60,000 nucleotides of DNA from Mobula hypostoma (taxonomy: Eukaryota), in the NCBI RefSeq assembly GCF_963921235.1, contig NC_086097.1, forward strand, positions 149,732,001 to 149,792,000. Direction: 5' to 3'. Under the pieces are notes generated by a model that was not told where the DNA came from, did not search any database, and was given only the letters and a program-made list of their open reading frames with translations. A program made the position numbers and the translations under genes. This document shows positions 1 to 13,434 of the stretch, in pieces. How positions within the stretch are numbered: position 1 is the first letter of the stretch; each line of letters opens with the position of its first letter.

Positions 1-2095
1 CAAAAAGTCCCTGAATGGTGCAAAAAGCCAAAAGATGTTATTGATGTGGCAGATTCTCCCATGATGCAAATAACTGTTGGTTCAAAGGTCTGCAGAAAGT
101 GTCACAAACAAGGTCACATAGAGAGATTGTGCAAGGCAGATGAAAAGCACAACCGAGTGAAAAGTCTCAAACACAAAACTAAGCAAATGCATAAAGCTAC
201 CAAATGTAAAACAGCATCAGACAAACTAGAGTCTGACAAAGGTGAACTGTCATGCCTAGAACTGCATAGTATAATTGAAGCAGATCACAAAATCATCGGG
301 ATCACAATAGATGTGTCAGATGTAAAACTGAAAATGTCAGCTTTGTCCATAATTCCAGAGGCTGACAACAACAGACTGCTTTCTAAGATTCCATTAGAGA
401 AGACCTCAGTGATGCTAAAGACCTACTCAGATAAAGCAGTTAGAGCTTTATGTATTGTAAAGTGATGGGCCAGCACTTTTCAGACATGGATTTTTCTCAA
501 TCATTCATCTAGATTGGTACTCAGTGTGTCATCAACAAACAATGGCAGTCCAAATGGTAGCACTAACCAGAGATTGTCACAGCTGCTTAATGCTAATGAG
601 AAGCTATTTGAGAAAGGGATTGGTAAACTCAAAGCCATGAAGGCCAGAACTGAACTGAATGAGGCAGCAACACCAAAATGCCGTAAAGCACGTCCCGTGC
701 CTTACATATTACCTTCTGAAGTGGATGCTGAACTGCAGAGCTTGGAATCGTCTGGAATTTTCTCCAAGGTTGAGTGGAGTGATTGGGCCATGCCTATTAT
801 CCTGATTATCAGGAAAGGGAAGGCCAGAGCCGTTCGCATATGTGGGGATTTCAAGGTGAGCATCAACCCGGTGCTGTGTAATGTGGAGTATCCCCTGCCA
901 CAAATAGAAGATATTTTTGCATCTTTGACAGAGGTTTTCAAAGATTGACTTATCACAAGCCTATCTGCAAATGGAGATTGAGGAGTCAAGGAGGAAGTTT
1001 CTCTCAATCAACACTAAAAGAACAAGGGACAGTATTATCGTCTCGTCTTTAACATCACATCAGCTCCAGTAACTTGGCCTTGAGGACATCATCGTGACCG
1101 GCGAAATGATGAAGAACACCTCCTGAACCTTGGTAAAGTGCTTACCAGGCTGAGTGAGTATGGTCTGTATGCAACAAGAGAGAAATGAAAGTTTTTTTCG
1201 AGAATGAAATCTCATTACGGACATGTCATTGACAAACAGGGCTTATATAAATCACAGAAATGGTTTCCAGAACAAATTGTGAGTGACAATGCACATGTCA
1301 GAAGAATTCCAACTGTTGATGAGAAAAACACGGCATCAGACATTTCAAGTCAGCTCCTCACCACCCAGCAACAAATGGGTTTAACCAAATCTTCAAGAAA
1401 TCCATTGTAGCGATTGTCAAGGGGGTCATTTCTCTAGAAGGTGGACAGCTTCCTCTTTGAGTATGAGAACTCTGTTAATGCAAAGACAGATCAAACACCT
1501 GCAACAGGAATCTAGGATCTTGCATAGACCTCCTGAAACCAGATGTACAGAGAGAAGTGCAGAATAAATGGTTTAGCCAGTTGCCAAGTGAAGCAGCAAG
1601 GAGCTTCGAGATTGGGCAGGAAGTCCTAGTGTGTGGTTACCGAGGAGAAAAGTGGACACCCGGTAGGATATCTAAAATAACTAGACCACTGATGCACACA
1701 GGGAATGCAGATGATCAGACAAGGAGACGTCATGTGGACCAGATAATGGATGCTCAATTGAAGAACACACCCGAGGCAACTGCATCCAACAAGACAGACA
1801 CACCGTAGTCGCTGGACTTGCCTCTCAGTGATGCTGTCACTGACAGCAATGTGACACCAGAAACTGAGAACTTTCTCTTAGACAAGACACCTACCAAACC
1901 TGATGTCACCCCACAGGTCCAGAGGCACTATCCTGAAAGAAACTGAGAACCACCCAGAAGACTGAATCTTTAGAACTGTGAAGCTGGTTATGGACTGTTA
2001 TTGCGAAAGCATGTTTATTTGGAATATGGTTTTTGAAAGGGAAGTTGACTGTTTTGTACCTATACAGTTTTGTGTTGTATTAAAGGGGGAGGAAG
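1..2095 (+). mobile_element. Decayed Ty3/Gypsy LTR retrotransposon internal region (gag-pro-RT-integrase remnants)
   Basis: Gag zinc knuckle CRKCHKQGHIERLC (~91-132); protease remnant lacking DTG; RT segments ARPVPY, ICGDFKVSINP, YPLPQIEDIF, DLSQAYLQM; integrase-like QIVSDN and C-terminal KWTPG..RRRHVDQI. Many stops, frameshifts and deletions. Polypurine tract AAAGGGGGAGGAAG at 2082-2095. Confidence 0.9.
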
Positions 2096-2295
2096 TGTAA
2101 TTTATGGATCTATTTCTTTTAATGACCCCCCCCCCCCTTAGCACTATGTATGGATTGCTGTCTACACATGCATACTGATCTGTTTCTGTGCATTGCTTTG
2201 TCTCTCTCACGCTACAATTCAAATTAACCAGTTAAACCAGTCTCCCATGAATGTGCTTTTATGTTGTTGATATGTAGTTGTGCACAGACACAACA
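2096..2295 (+). repeat. Putative 3' LTR of the Gypsy element
   Basis: Starts TGTAAT directly after the PPT; candidate end ...ACACAACA at 2295 (TG...CA rule). The 5' LTR is not in the window, so the end cannot be confirmed. Confidence 0.6.
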
Positions 2296-2959
2296 GAAGT
2301 ATCCTCTGCACAACACCTCAGGATCTTGTCTATTTCAGCAAGTTGCCACTCATTCTTCAAACTCCCAGCGGTACAATTCCTTCACATTTCTTCACATCAG
2401 ACAATCACTTTTCTCCAACTAGCTTTTCTCTTAATCTCTCCACTGTGAATTTCTTTTGTTCCTTTGAGCCTTTAATATTAGGTTCGTTGCCTATTGAAAG
2501 GTCTTTCTTTGTTCATTGCACCAGTGTAGAATTCATAAAGTAAGCTAGTTATGCCCCTGTATGGGATTTGGACCAGTTATGGTCCCAGGTGGTAGTACTG
2601 GAGAGGATAGTGATTGTGACTGATTTTGGAAGGGTAGGGATAGAAACCAATTCATAAATAGAGGGTTCAGGTTAACAGTTGGTGGGGAACGTGTGTGAAG
2701 ATAAGGGGGCCAAGGACCCTTGGAGGAAAGATTAAAGGCTCTGATGAAGCAATGGGGTGTATTGGTGGAAGAATTAGTACTTACAGGTTGGGATTGTAGG
2801 GCATGGGGGCCGATTTGGAGATGGAGAAAGTTTGTTGTTGGAGTAAATCGGTATTTGTGGAGAGGTGGTATTGGACAACTGAACAGATTGGAGGTAGATG
2901 AATTCGCAGCCATGGTAGGAAGGTGCTGCCTGAGGTGGAGATAGGGCTTAAATTTCAAA

Positions 2960-3365
2960 GCTCAAAGTAAATCTATTATCAAAGTACATATTTATCACCA
3001 TATACAATCTTGAGAATTCATTTTCTTGCATAGTCAATAAATCCTAATAGAATAATAACCATAATAGGATCAACCAAAGGTTGGGTGTCCAACCAGTGTT
3101 CAAAAGAGAACAAATTGTGCAAACACAAAAAGAAATAAATAAGCAATAAAATATCGAGAAGTGAGTCCGCTGATGGTGGGAACATTTCAATCATGGGGCA
3201 TGTGTAGTTGAGTGAAATTATCCTCTCTGGTTGAAGAGCCTGAAGCTGGAGGGTTAATAAATATTCCTGAACCTGGTGGTGTGAGTCCTGAGGCTCCTCT
3301 ACCTCCTTCCTGATGGCAGCAGTGAGAAGAGAGCATGACCTGGGTGGCAAGGGTCCCTGATGATA
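2960..3365 (-). mobile_element. Rex1/Babar-type LINE 3' end fragment
   Basis: CAAAGTAAAT..TATTATCAAAGTACAT end and AAGAGCCTGA..GTTCCTGAACCTGGTGGTG-type motif shared with the copies at 55.1 and 58.8 kb; the latter motif also occurs at 52.3 kb. The 52.3 and 58.8 kb copies continue into Rex1-like RT sequence. Confidence 0.65.
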
Positions 3366-4569
3366 AGGACCTAATAGTACTTGTATAGTGTGTGGAGTAT
3401 GTTTGTTATCTGTCGTCAATGAGTCATTAATATAAATGGCATGCACTTCCTAGGACTGACAGTGGTGGAAACTGGATCATCAAAATAATTTAAAGTGGAT
3501 GTGGATATATATTTGATGGATCAAGGAATAGAAGTGGCACAGAAGAGGAGTTGCATTCAGCATAGATTACCCAAAGTCATATTAAATGGTAGACCAGGCT
3601 TGAAAGGCCTGCTGGTCTGCTCCTCTGCCATTGCGTTTTGTGGTAAAATGCATCTACTGAGTCAGATCCCTACTGCTAAACTGGGAGGTCTTCAGTAATC
3701 TCTTCTTTCAGTAGTGAAATTTGCAATCTAGAGCTGATATGATCTGGATTATACATGTTCTATTGTCATAAATATTGATTGGCAGGGCAAACAAAAATCT
3801 AATTCTCAGTAAATGATAGCAAAGGGAATATGAATAAACAAAGCTGAATAGTACATGAGGTGAATGGTATAATGCAGAGTCATAAACCTTAAAGAATCTC
3901 ATCAGTACTGACCTTTCTAAACCCAAAGAAGTTTCAGTCAAAGTCTGGCCACTCACAAAACAAACCATGCAACATTTATAAAACTATAAACATAAAGTCT
4001 TTACAGTATCAGAGTATAGTATCTTCAGTTAATCAGAAGTCAGGAAAATGAACTGTGAAAGACTTTTTTTTAAATCTATGCCCTAGACTGAAATTAATGG
4101 TGGGTGAGATAGACGGTATGCACAAACCAAATAGGTGGAGAGGTCTATCCAGACAGATTGTATAACTGCTCACTCTTCAGCCTGACTGAACCATGCAGTT
4201 TGGAATAGCAAAACCTTCCAATGTATTTTTGTTCTCCTTGAGCAGAGTAAACAGTTATTTGGCAATCTGTGGCTGTGACACACCCATACATTTTGTGCAA
4301 AATCATGTCCTAAGCAGAGGTCCCTGTGTTTTTCACAATCAACAATGAATTTTCAATTCTGCAGTGTGTTTAGGAGATGGTGTATGCAGGTCATGAGCGC
4401 AGGAGAGGCATGTTGTCCATATCAGTGACAATGCATTCATTGTAGATTATCTACATTTGCATGCTTACGCAACTTACCCAGTAAAGGAGCTATGACGCTG
4501 AATATCAATGTGAGCACACAATTGTTTCAATAGGAAACCAAGGATAAATGAGAGGCTGACTCCAGTGAA

Positions 4570-4985
4570 TGCAGGCACTAGAATCTGGAGCAACAAATAA
4601 ACTGATGTAGGTGAAGCAGCGTCTATGGGTGGGGGTGCGGAGGAAGGAATTTTGGGTCAAAACTGCGTATTAGGATCAAGATTTGAGAAAGGACTCCAGC
4701 AGATGTCTCCACCTTCTTCATCCCTCACTCTACTTGGCTCCTTATTCCTTTGTTATTGTCTGCCTCCATCTATCATTTACCCGCCTCAGTCCCCAACTCC
4801 ACCCTCCCCCTCATTTGTGTGGCTCGACTACCACCACCACAGTCCTATTTCTGGCCATGGCTCTCCACTCCCCCTCTTCTCTTTATACTCCCCTCTGCAC
4901 TCTATATGGTTTTAACCTAAAACAGTCTTCCATCTCCACAGATACTGTTTGACCCGCCGAGTTTCTCCAGCAGATTGTTTATTGC
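4570..4985. mobile_element. Degenerate Penelope-like (PLE) terminal-repeat fragments, inverted pair
   Basis: Diverged match to the PLE terminal repeat at both ends in opposite orientations (GCAGGCACTAGAATCTGGAGCAACA... / ...GAGTTTCTCCAGCAGATTGTTT). Confidence 0.5.
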
Positions 4986-6374
4986 TATAACTGAAATGCT
5001 ACCCTTTAAATTGCGCTTTGTAGCTGAAGTTCACTGCAGTTATGCAGTATATAAAAAAAAGACACTAAATGGTTAACTCATCCCTTCCCCTTGGTAAGTT
5101 ATAATCGCATACAAGCCTCCTTCATTCACCTTTGAAATGCAGCTCTCTGATTTCTGGAGTTGTTTCACATCAGGACAGATTTTGCAATTGGTTATGCCTA
5201 ACTGACAGCCAAGCAGAAAGACCAAAGTTCCATTACACGAGATTTCTGCACCCAACGTTCTTCCAGTTTCCCTCTTTGCCGTTTATATCCCAGCATTTCG
5301 TAATATGCTAACTTCTGATCTGGAGAGCCCTGTGTTTTGAGCATCTCTAGTGTAAAACACTTTGTTTCCTCCAAGCATGCAGTTAGCTACAACTAAAATG
5401 GCACTCCAGCTAATTACTCCAGGAACTAATGTCTCTGTGATGTACCCTTTAACGTCTTCCCAATGTTAACTAGCTCCCCCTGCCCTGGATGCAAAGAATG
5501 ATTAACAAACATAAGGTTGTAGGAACCTCACTGACATGCTCAGCAGATTTGTTTTGATGTATACAGCTCTGCATAAAGAGTACAATAAGTAATCCAATAA
5601 TTGAAAAGAAACAATCGTGTGTAAAATAATAAAGCATGGAACAAAATGCTCACATAAACAAAGCCTTTTCTTGGACACCAAGTTCTTCCAACTGTAAACT
5701 GTACCCATTCAAGTTCCAGAAAGAGGAAGCTTCTATGAAAAGATACAATTCAAATAATGCCTGAAGAGGCTTCTATAAACTCATTGCCAATAATTTAACT
5801 TTATTATCTTTAGAGTAACCATTTAATGGATTTTTCTACTACAGAAACACAGCCATGAATTAGATGTCCTTAAACATCTATAGATTGTATTTTTAAAATC
5901 ATATTGTTGGTGTAACATGTCTATTCTTCATTCTATGTAAACCTTTCAAAAGGTGACTTTCTGGTGATTCCCATTCAGACTCCGGCTTTATTAGGCAACA
6001 CAGCAACTCTGTCCTTTCATTAAAAAGCACTTGGGCAAGAGCTATTTCACGGCTGATTGCTACTAAACTGTCCTGTGAATTCCAGACATGGTCGTGTGAG
6101 CAAAGGGGTGTTACATGGTTGGATAGTGCCCTTCAGTTCATTGTGTAAGTGCACTCATCTTGCATAAAGCAATAACCTGCAGAACACAAAATCTTTAGTG
6201 CAGTGCCAAGTCTGTGCTGAGTTGGCTAACCATGACTGGCACAGCAAGGCAAACTGGCACATGCTTAGTTATGTTATTGGATTAGGGCCAGAGTATATTG
6301 TTCAAATCCTAACATAGCAGATAGAAAATATGAATTCAGCTTACAGTTTTGACAGTGTTGCTTAGGGAACTTGA

Positions 6375-6715
6375 CCTTTCATCTTTACCCCTACAAGTGG
6401 AAGAAGTGCTACACCTGCCCATTCACCTCCTCCATCATCTCCACTCAGGGCCCCAAACAGTCCCTCCAGGTGAAGCCACACTTCACCTGAGAACCTGCTG
6501 GGGTCATCTATTGTGTCCAGTGCTCCCGATGTGGTCTCCTCTACATTGGTGAGACCCTTCATAAATTGTGGGGATGCTTTGTTGAGCACCTCTGCTCCAT
6601 CTACCAAAAGCAGAACGTCCCGTTGGCCACACATTTTAATTTTGATTACCATTTCCATTCTAACATGTCGGTCCTTCAGGGTGGTAGAGCAACACCTTAT
6701 ATTCTGTCTGGAAAC
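6375..6715 (+). mobile_element. Penelope-like element, GIY-YIG endonuclease remnant (family 1)
   Basis: Reads HFT*EPAGVIYCVQCSRCGLLYIGET, the PLE GIY-YIG region. A paralogous segment lies at 13.7-13.9 kb. Confidence 0.8.
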
Positions 6716-6719
6716 AGAG

Positions 6720-8152
6720 TGCCAGAGCCGATAGTGGACAGGTTGAGGGGAAAGATGTTGTTAAACCTACATACAAAAATCAGGCATCAAAGGTTGAGCA
6801 TGGTGAAATTAATGTTCTGAGTTGCATATATTTCAATGCAAGGAGCATTGTAGGAAAAGCGGATGAGCCGAGGGCAGGGATCAGCATGTGGAGTTATGAA
6901 ATTGTGGCCAATAGTGAGACATGGTTGCAGGAGGTTCAGGACTGGCAGCTAAATATTCCTGGGTTCCGTGGTTTTAGACATGATATAGCAGGAGGGATTA
7001 AAGGAGGAAGGATGGCATTACTAGTCAGGCAAGATATCATGGCAGTACTCAAACAGGACAGACTGAACCTCAGTAGATGAGATCTCCAGTGGGTGGAACT
7101 GAGTAATAAGAAATGGATACCTACGTTAATGGGATTATATTATTGACCACCCAACAGTCGGTAGAATTTAGAGGAGCAAATTTGAAGAGAGACTGCAGAC
7201 TGTTGCAAGAAACAATGTTGCGATAGTAGGTGATTTTAACTTTCCACCAATTGACTGTGACACCCATTTTGTAAAAAGGCTCGATGGAATGGGGCTTGTC
7301 AAATATGTTCAGGAAAGTTTCCTCAAGCTATACACAAGGGATCTCAGCTAGAAAGTGCGATACTAAAATCAGAATTAGAAGCAGAATCAGATTTAATATC
7401 ACTGGGATATGTTGTGAAATTTGTTTTTGATAGAAACTGTACATTGCAATACATAATAATAAAAACTGAATGACAGTAAGTATATATAAGCACACATAAG
7501 GCCATGGATGTTTCAATATGGACTTTAGCAAGGCCTTTGACAAAGTCCCACATAGAAGGTTGGTCAAGAAGGATTAGTCACTTGGCATTCAAGTTGAAGT
7601 AGCAAACTGGATTAGACAAAGGCTTTGTAGAATAAGCCAGAGAGTGGTGGTAGGTGGTTGCCTCTCTGAGAGGAGGCCTGTTATTAGTGGTGTGCCTCAA
7701 GGGTTGAAGCTAGGCCCAATGTTTTTTTTTGCCCTCTATATCAATGATCTGGATGATAATGTGGTAGAATGGATAAGCAAATTTAGTAGATTACAGCAAG
7801 TCTGTGGGTGTAGTGAACAGCAAGGAAAACTACTGTAGTTTGCAGCAGAATCTGGATCAGCTGGAATAATGGATTGAGTAATAGCAAGTGGAATTTAATG
7901 CAGACAAGTATGAGATGTTGCATTTTGGGAGGGCCAACCAGGGGAGGTCTTACACAGTGAGTGGTAGGGCACTGAGAAGAGAACAAAGGGTTCTAGAAAT
8001 GCAGATTCGTAATTCGTAGTCAGTGGCATCACAGTCAGATAACTTTTGGCACATTGGGCTTCATAAATCAAGGCATTATGTATAGGAGTTGGGACGCAAT
8101 GTTAAAATTATATAAGATGTTGGTGAGGCCTAATTTGAAGTATTGTGTGCAG
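6720..8152 (+). mobile_element. Fragmented CR1 LINE ORF2 (APE to RT), interrupted by a short unrelated repeat at ~7345-7500
   Basis: YFNARSIVGK, SETWLQ, VGDFNFP (APE); MDFSKAFDKVPH, SGVPQG, YINDLD, LVRPNLKYCVQ (RT). Many stops. Confidence 0.85.
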
Positions 8153-8737
8153 GTGGTGAGTGGAGATTCAGGACTTGAATCTTTTGTTTTAATTACAAAC
8201 TATTATGGTAAGAAAAAGAAACCTGCAAATCATTTACAAACAAGAGAAAATCTGCAGATGCTGGAAATCTGAGCAACACGCACAGAATGCTGGAGGAACT
8301 CAGAAAGCCAGGCAGCATCTATGCAGAAGAGTACAGTTGACGTTTAGGGCCAAAACCCTTCCAGTTCTCTATCAGGAGTGGAATGCTAATGTCCTGGGTT
8401 CATTGTGGTTCTTATCCAGAACTGTTCCAGGGCTACTTCAGGTGAAAATCTTGGTGTGCTGCAAAATTATACTCCATAAGCAAGTCAAAATATTCTTAAT
8501 AACAAATGAATTCCTGGAGTTCAAATATATGAGGTGTCACCTGAATGAAAATCCAGAACAAGACCACGTCATTTTAAAAATAAATCTAAAAGCTGGGGGA
8601 AATCTAAATGTTCCTGGCAAACAGCAGCAAATTTAGAGTCCATTAATGATTTCAAAATGCAATTGTTAGACTTTTGTCTTCTATTTTTTCTGATCAACAA
8701 GTGGGATTTAGACTTGGTGGAAGTTCACCAAATAAGG

Positions 8738-9480
8738 GTGGCATGGTAGTGTAGATATTAGCATCACACTATTACAGCACCAGTAATCTTTGATTGAAGT
8801 TTAATTGCCACTGCTGTCTATAAGGAGTTCATGCATACTTCCGTAACCACAGAGGTTTCTTCAGGTGCTCCAGTTTCCTTATGGTTAGAAAACACGAGGG
8901 AATCTGCGGAAGCTGGAAGTTCAAGCAACACACAAAAAATGCTGGTGAACACAGCAGGCCAGGCAGCATCTATAGGAAGAGGTACAGTCGACGTTTTGGG
9001 CCGAGACCTTTCGTCAGGACTGACTGAAAGAAGAGATAGCCCAGGGCTCCCCTCCCCCTTTCTTTCTCCCTAGGCCTCCTGTCCCATGATCCTCTCCCTT
9101 CTCCAGCCTCGTATCCCTTTTGCCAATCAACTTTCCAGCTTAGCTCAATTCCTCTCCCTCCTGTCTTCTCCTATCATTTCAGATCTCCCCCTCCCCCTCT
9201 CAAATCTCTTACTATCTCTTCTTTCAGTTAGGCCTGACGAAGGGTCTTGGCCCAAAACGTCAACTGTACCTCTTCCTATAGATGCTGCCTGGCCTGCTGC
9301 GTTCACCAGCACTTTTTGTGTGTGTTCCTTACGGTTAGAGTTACCGAGTTGTATGGACATGCTATATTAGCGTCTGAAGTGTAGCGACACTTGTAGGCTG
9401 CCGGGTACAGTCGTCGCTAATTTAATTTGACGTGAATGACATAGTTCACTGTATCAATGAAGGGTAACAGAACTAATACC
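8738..9480 (+). mobile_element. tRNA-derived V-SINE-like element split by a PLE palindromic insertion
   Basis: GGTGGCATGGTAGTGTAG head and GGTTTCTTCAGGTGCTCCAGTTTCCT V-domain-like motif; the sequence resumes after 9325. Confidence 0.6.
8890..9324. mobile_element. Non-autonomous PLE-derived inverted-repeat unit with two hammerhead-like motifs
   Basis: Arms ~8890-9040 (-) and ~9041-9324 (+) are inverted copies. Flanked by the direct repeat TTCCTTAYGGTTAGA (8875-8889 / 9325-9339). Hammerhead-like motifs at 8986-9021 (-) and 9230-9265 (+). Confidence 0.85.
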
Positions 9481-10164
9481 AATCTTTATAAAGTGGATGA
9501 ATGGTGTTACACAAATCAAACTTCTTCTGTTGTAATGCATGAAAAACCACAACTAATTTATACTTCTCAAAATCTGATAATAACCAGTCAACTTATCTTA
9601 AGTAATGTTGGTTGAGAGATAAATATTAGTCAGATATTAGGCTGAAAGAAAGTTTCTTTGCTCTACTTCAGAGAATATTTCTTCTCTCATTTTCATACAG
9701 TTTCTCAATTCTAGTTAGCAGTTCCAGGTTGGCTAGCATCTAGTAATGTCCACAGCCAGCTGGCACGGTTCATTATTATATCTTACTTTATCAAAAAGAA
9801 CATTCCATTAACAGGGAATATCTAACCTAACGTGTGAGCAGCCATTGAAAGAAAGCCAGAAAGTAATTATTATTTGAGGGCAAATTTCAACAAGTTCTAT
9901 TCCTGCCATAAAGGATGGTGAAAGGATATCTAAATATATCTAAAGAGTAACCGTAAGTAAAGTTAATTAGTATTTTCCTTATGAAGTTGGATGGATGTGC
10001 TTAGAACTGAGGCTTCTAAAGGATGATGGATTTGTACTAAAATAACTGCATGATCAGATCTTAAAGTTAACTTCCCTGACAAAATAAATTTTAACCATGC
10101 AGTGGTCACTCAAAACCACATTTTCAGTGCTTTATCTGTTTCTAACAATTATTGTTTAATTAGA

Positions 10165-12940
10165 AAAGCATAAGGCATAGAAGCAGAATTAGGCCATTTG
10201 ACCCATCGAGTATGCTCCACCATTCCACCAGGCTGATTTACTATCCCTTTCAACCACATTCTCCTGCCTTCTCCCTGTAACATTTGATGCCCTGACTCAT
10301 CAGGAAACTATCAACCTCTGCTTTAAATATACTCAGTGACTTGGCCCCCACAGCCATCCATGGCAATGAATTCCACAGATTCACCACTCTCTGGCTAGAC
10401 AGATTCCTACACATTTCTTTTGTAAATGGACATCCCTCTATTCTGAACCTGTGCCCTCTGGTCCCAGACTCACCTAGTATAGGGAAAGGTATTGGTGTGG
10501 GTGGAGAATTGGTTAGCAGACAGGAAGCAAAGAGTGAGAATAAACGGGACCTTTTCAGAATGGCAGGCGGTGACTAGTGGGGTACCGCAAGGCTCAGTGC
10601 TGGGACCCCAGTTGTTTCCAATATATATTAATGACTTGGATGAGGGAATTAAATGCAGCATCTCCAAGTTTGCGGATGACACGAAGCTGGGTGGCAGTGT
10701 TAGCTGTGAGGAGGATGCTAAGAGGATACAGGGTGACTTGGATAGGTTGGGTGAGTGGGCAAATTCATGGCAGATGCAATTTAATGTGGATAAATGTGAA
10801 GTTATCCACTTTGGTGGCAAAAATAGGAAAACAGATTATTATCTGAATGGTGGCCGATTAGGAAAAGGGGAGGTGCAACGAGACCTGGGTGTCATTATAC
10901 GCCAGTCATTGAAAGTGGGCATGCAGGTACAGCAGGCGGTGAAAAAGGCGAATGGTATGCTGGCATTTATAGCGAGAGGATTCGAGTACAGGAGCAGGGA
11001 GGTACTACTGCAGTTGTACACGACCTTGGTGAGACCACACCTGGAGTATTGTGTGTGCAGTTTTGGTCCCCTAATCTGAGGAAAGACATCCTTGCCATAG
11101 AGGGAGTACAAAGAAGGTTCACTAGATTGATTCCTGGGATGGCAGGACTTTCATATGAAGAAAGACTGGATGAACTGGGCTTGTACTCATTGGAATTTAG
11201 AAGATTGAGGGGGGATCTGATTGAAACGTATAAAATCCTAAAGGGATTGGACAGGCTAGATGCAGGAAGATTGTTCCCGATGTTGGGGAAGTCCAGAACG
11301 AGGGGCCACAGTTTGAGGATAGAGGGGAAGCCTTTTAGGACCGAGATGAGGAAAAACTTCTTCACACAGAGAGTGGTGAATCTGTGGAATTCTCTGCCAC
11401 AGAAAACAGTCGAGGCCAGTTCATTGGCTATATTTAAGAGGGAGTTAGATATGGCCCTTGTGGCTACGGGGGTCAGGGGGTATGGAGGGAAGGCTGGGAC
11501 GGGGTTCTGAGTTGGATGATCAGCCATGATCATAATAAATGGCGGTGCAGGCTCGAAGGGCCGAATGGCCTACTCCTGCACCTATTTTCTATGTTTCTAT
11601 GTTACATCCACTCTCTAGACCTTTCAATATTCAAGAGGTTTCAGTGAGATCCCCCCACTTCATTCTTCTAAACTCCAGTGAGAACGGGCCCATAGCTATC
11701 AAATGCTCCTCATGCATCAACTCTAACTCAGGGAATCATTCTCATAAACCTCCTTTGGACCCTCTCCAATGCCAAAACATACTTTCCAAAGCTGCACACA
11801 ATACACTACATGTAGCCTAACGGATGCCTTATAAGGCCTTAGCATTATATCTTTGTTTTTATTTTCTAGTCCTCTCAAAATGAATGCTAATATTGCATTT
11901 GCCTTCCTTACCACCAACACAACCTGCAAGTTAACCTTTACAGAATCCTGTTCAAGGACTCCTAAGTCCCTTTGTACCTCTGATATTTGAATTTTCTTCC
12001 CATTTAGAAAATAGTCTACACCTTTATTCCTTCCACTGAAGTGCATGACCATATACTTCCCTATACCATATTCCATCAGCCACTTCTTTGCCCATTTTCC
12101 CAATCTATGTAAGTACTTCTGCAGATTCCCTGCCTACGGGTTCTTCCACCTATCTTCGTATCATCTGCAACCTTGGCCACAAACCCATCAATTCCATCAC
12201 TCAAGTAATTGCCATATAGTATGAAAGCAATGGTCCCAATAACAACACCTGTGGAACACCACTAGTCACTGGCAGCCAACCAGAAAAGGTCCCCTTTATT
12301 CCCACTCTTTGCCTCCTGCCAGTCCGCCAATCATCTATGCTAGTATCATTCCTGCAAGACCATGGTCTTCTATGTTGTTAAACAGTCTCAGGTGCAGTGC
12401 TTTGCTAAAGACCTTCCAAGTTGACCACACCACTGACTCTCCTTTCTCCTGCCTGATATTTCCCAAAAGAATGGCAACAGATCCGTCAGGCAAGATTTCC
12501 CCTAAAGGAAACCATGCTGACTTTGGCCTATTTTATCATGTGCCTCCAAGTACCTCAAAACCTCATCCTTAATAATGGACTTCAACATCTTCCAACCACT
12601 GAAGTCATGCTAACTGGCCTATAATTTCCTACCTTTTGCCTCCCTCCCTTCTTAAAGAGTGGAGTGACATTTGCAATTTTCCAGTCCTCCAGAATCTAGT
12701 GATTATTGAAAGATCATTATTAATGCCTCCACAATCTGTTCAGCTACCCCTTTCAGAACCCTGGGGTGTAGTCCTGCTGGGCAATGTGGCTTAACTATCT
12801 TCAGATCTTTCAGCTCCCAAGCACCTTGGCATTAGTAATAGCAACTAAACTCATTACTGTCCCCTGAAACTCCTGAATTTCTGGCATATTGCTAGTGTTT
12901 TCCATAGTGAAGCCGAAACACAAAAAATCTTATTAGTATT
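10165..12940 (-). mobile_element. Older CR1 LINE 3' portion, interrupted by a younger CR1 at ~10473-11603
   Basis: Minus-strand RT C-terminal peptides (QRDLGVL, VVRKANAILAFI) and a CR1 3' UTR at 10165-10470. The host sequence continues at ~11604. Confidence 0.85.
10473..11603 (+). mobile_element. Young 5'-truncated CR1 LINE (RT C-terminal half and 3' UTR)
   Basis: SGVPQGSVLGP, YINDLD, KFADDTKLG, RLRGDLIETYKI, FFTQRVVNLWNSLP. One frameshift at a GT repeat (~11051), stop at 11510, tail TTCTATGTTTCTATGTT. Confidence 0.95.
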
Positions 12941-13039
12941 TCAAACAAACATTAGGAAGGAGAGGAAGAGTGTGCTTTGTTTGAAGTGAATGGGGGAAAG
13001 GCGGCTAATAGCCAAGGATCGGCAAGATGTGCCCAAAAT

Positions 13040-13306
13040 CAGAGATTCAGCATGGAACAGGCCCTCCTGGCACCTCAAGCCATGCTGCCCCAGCAACCCC
13101 TGATTACCCTGATTTACAATGACCAGTTAACCTACCCAGTACATCTTTGGACCATGGGAGGAAACTGGAGCACCCAGTAAAAACCCACATATTCCATGGG
13201 GAGGACATATTGAGGCTCCTTACAAATAGTGCTGGAATTGAATTCCGAACTCCAATTGCCAGAGTTGCAACATCATCCCAATAACCACTATGCTACCATG
13301 GTGCCA
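13040..13306 (-). mobile_element. tRNA-derived V-SINE-like element
   Basis: The reverse strand starts GGCACCATGGTAGCATAGTGGTTA. The + strand shows GGAGGAAACTGGAGCACCC (V-domain complement) and a CR1-like tail ATGGAACAGGCCCT. Confidence 0.6.
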
Positions 13307-13434
13307 AGATAATTGGCCAAGGTTCAACTAATGTCTGTTTTACATCTCAAGGTCTGCACTGGGAGCTTCAAAGGATTGCACTGTCTGAGATGAATCAACA
13401 GAGGGTTGGGCTTCAGGAACTGAGGCCATAAACT

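Noticed and set aside
2296..2958. Purine/pyrimidine-skewed segment with a 137-aa minus-strand ORF
   Set aside because: No recognisable motif; probably an old repeat fragment that I cannot classify.
8375..8440. AG..GT-bounded 66-bp open segment (EWNANVLGSLWFLSRTVPGLLQ)
   Set aside because: No resemblance to TG, the phase is incompatible with the next TG exon, and the acceptor is weak.
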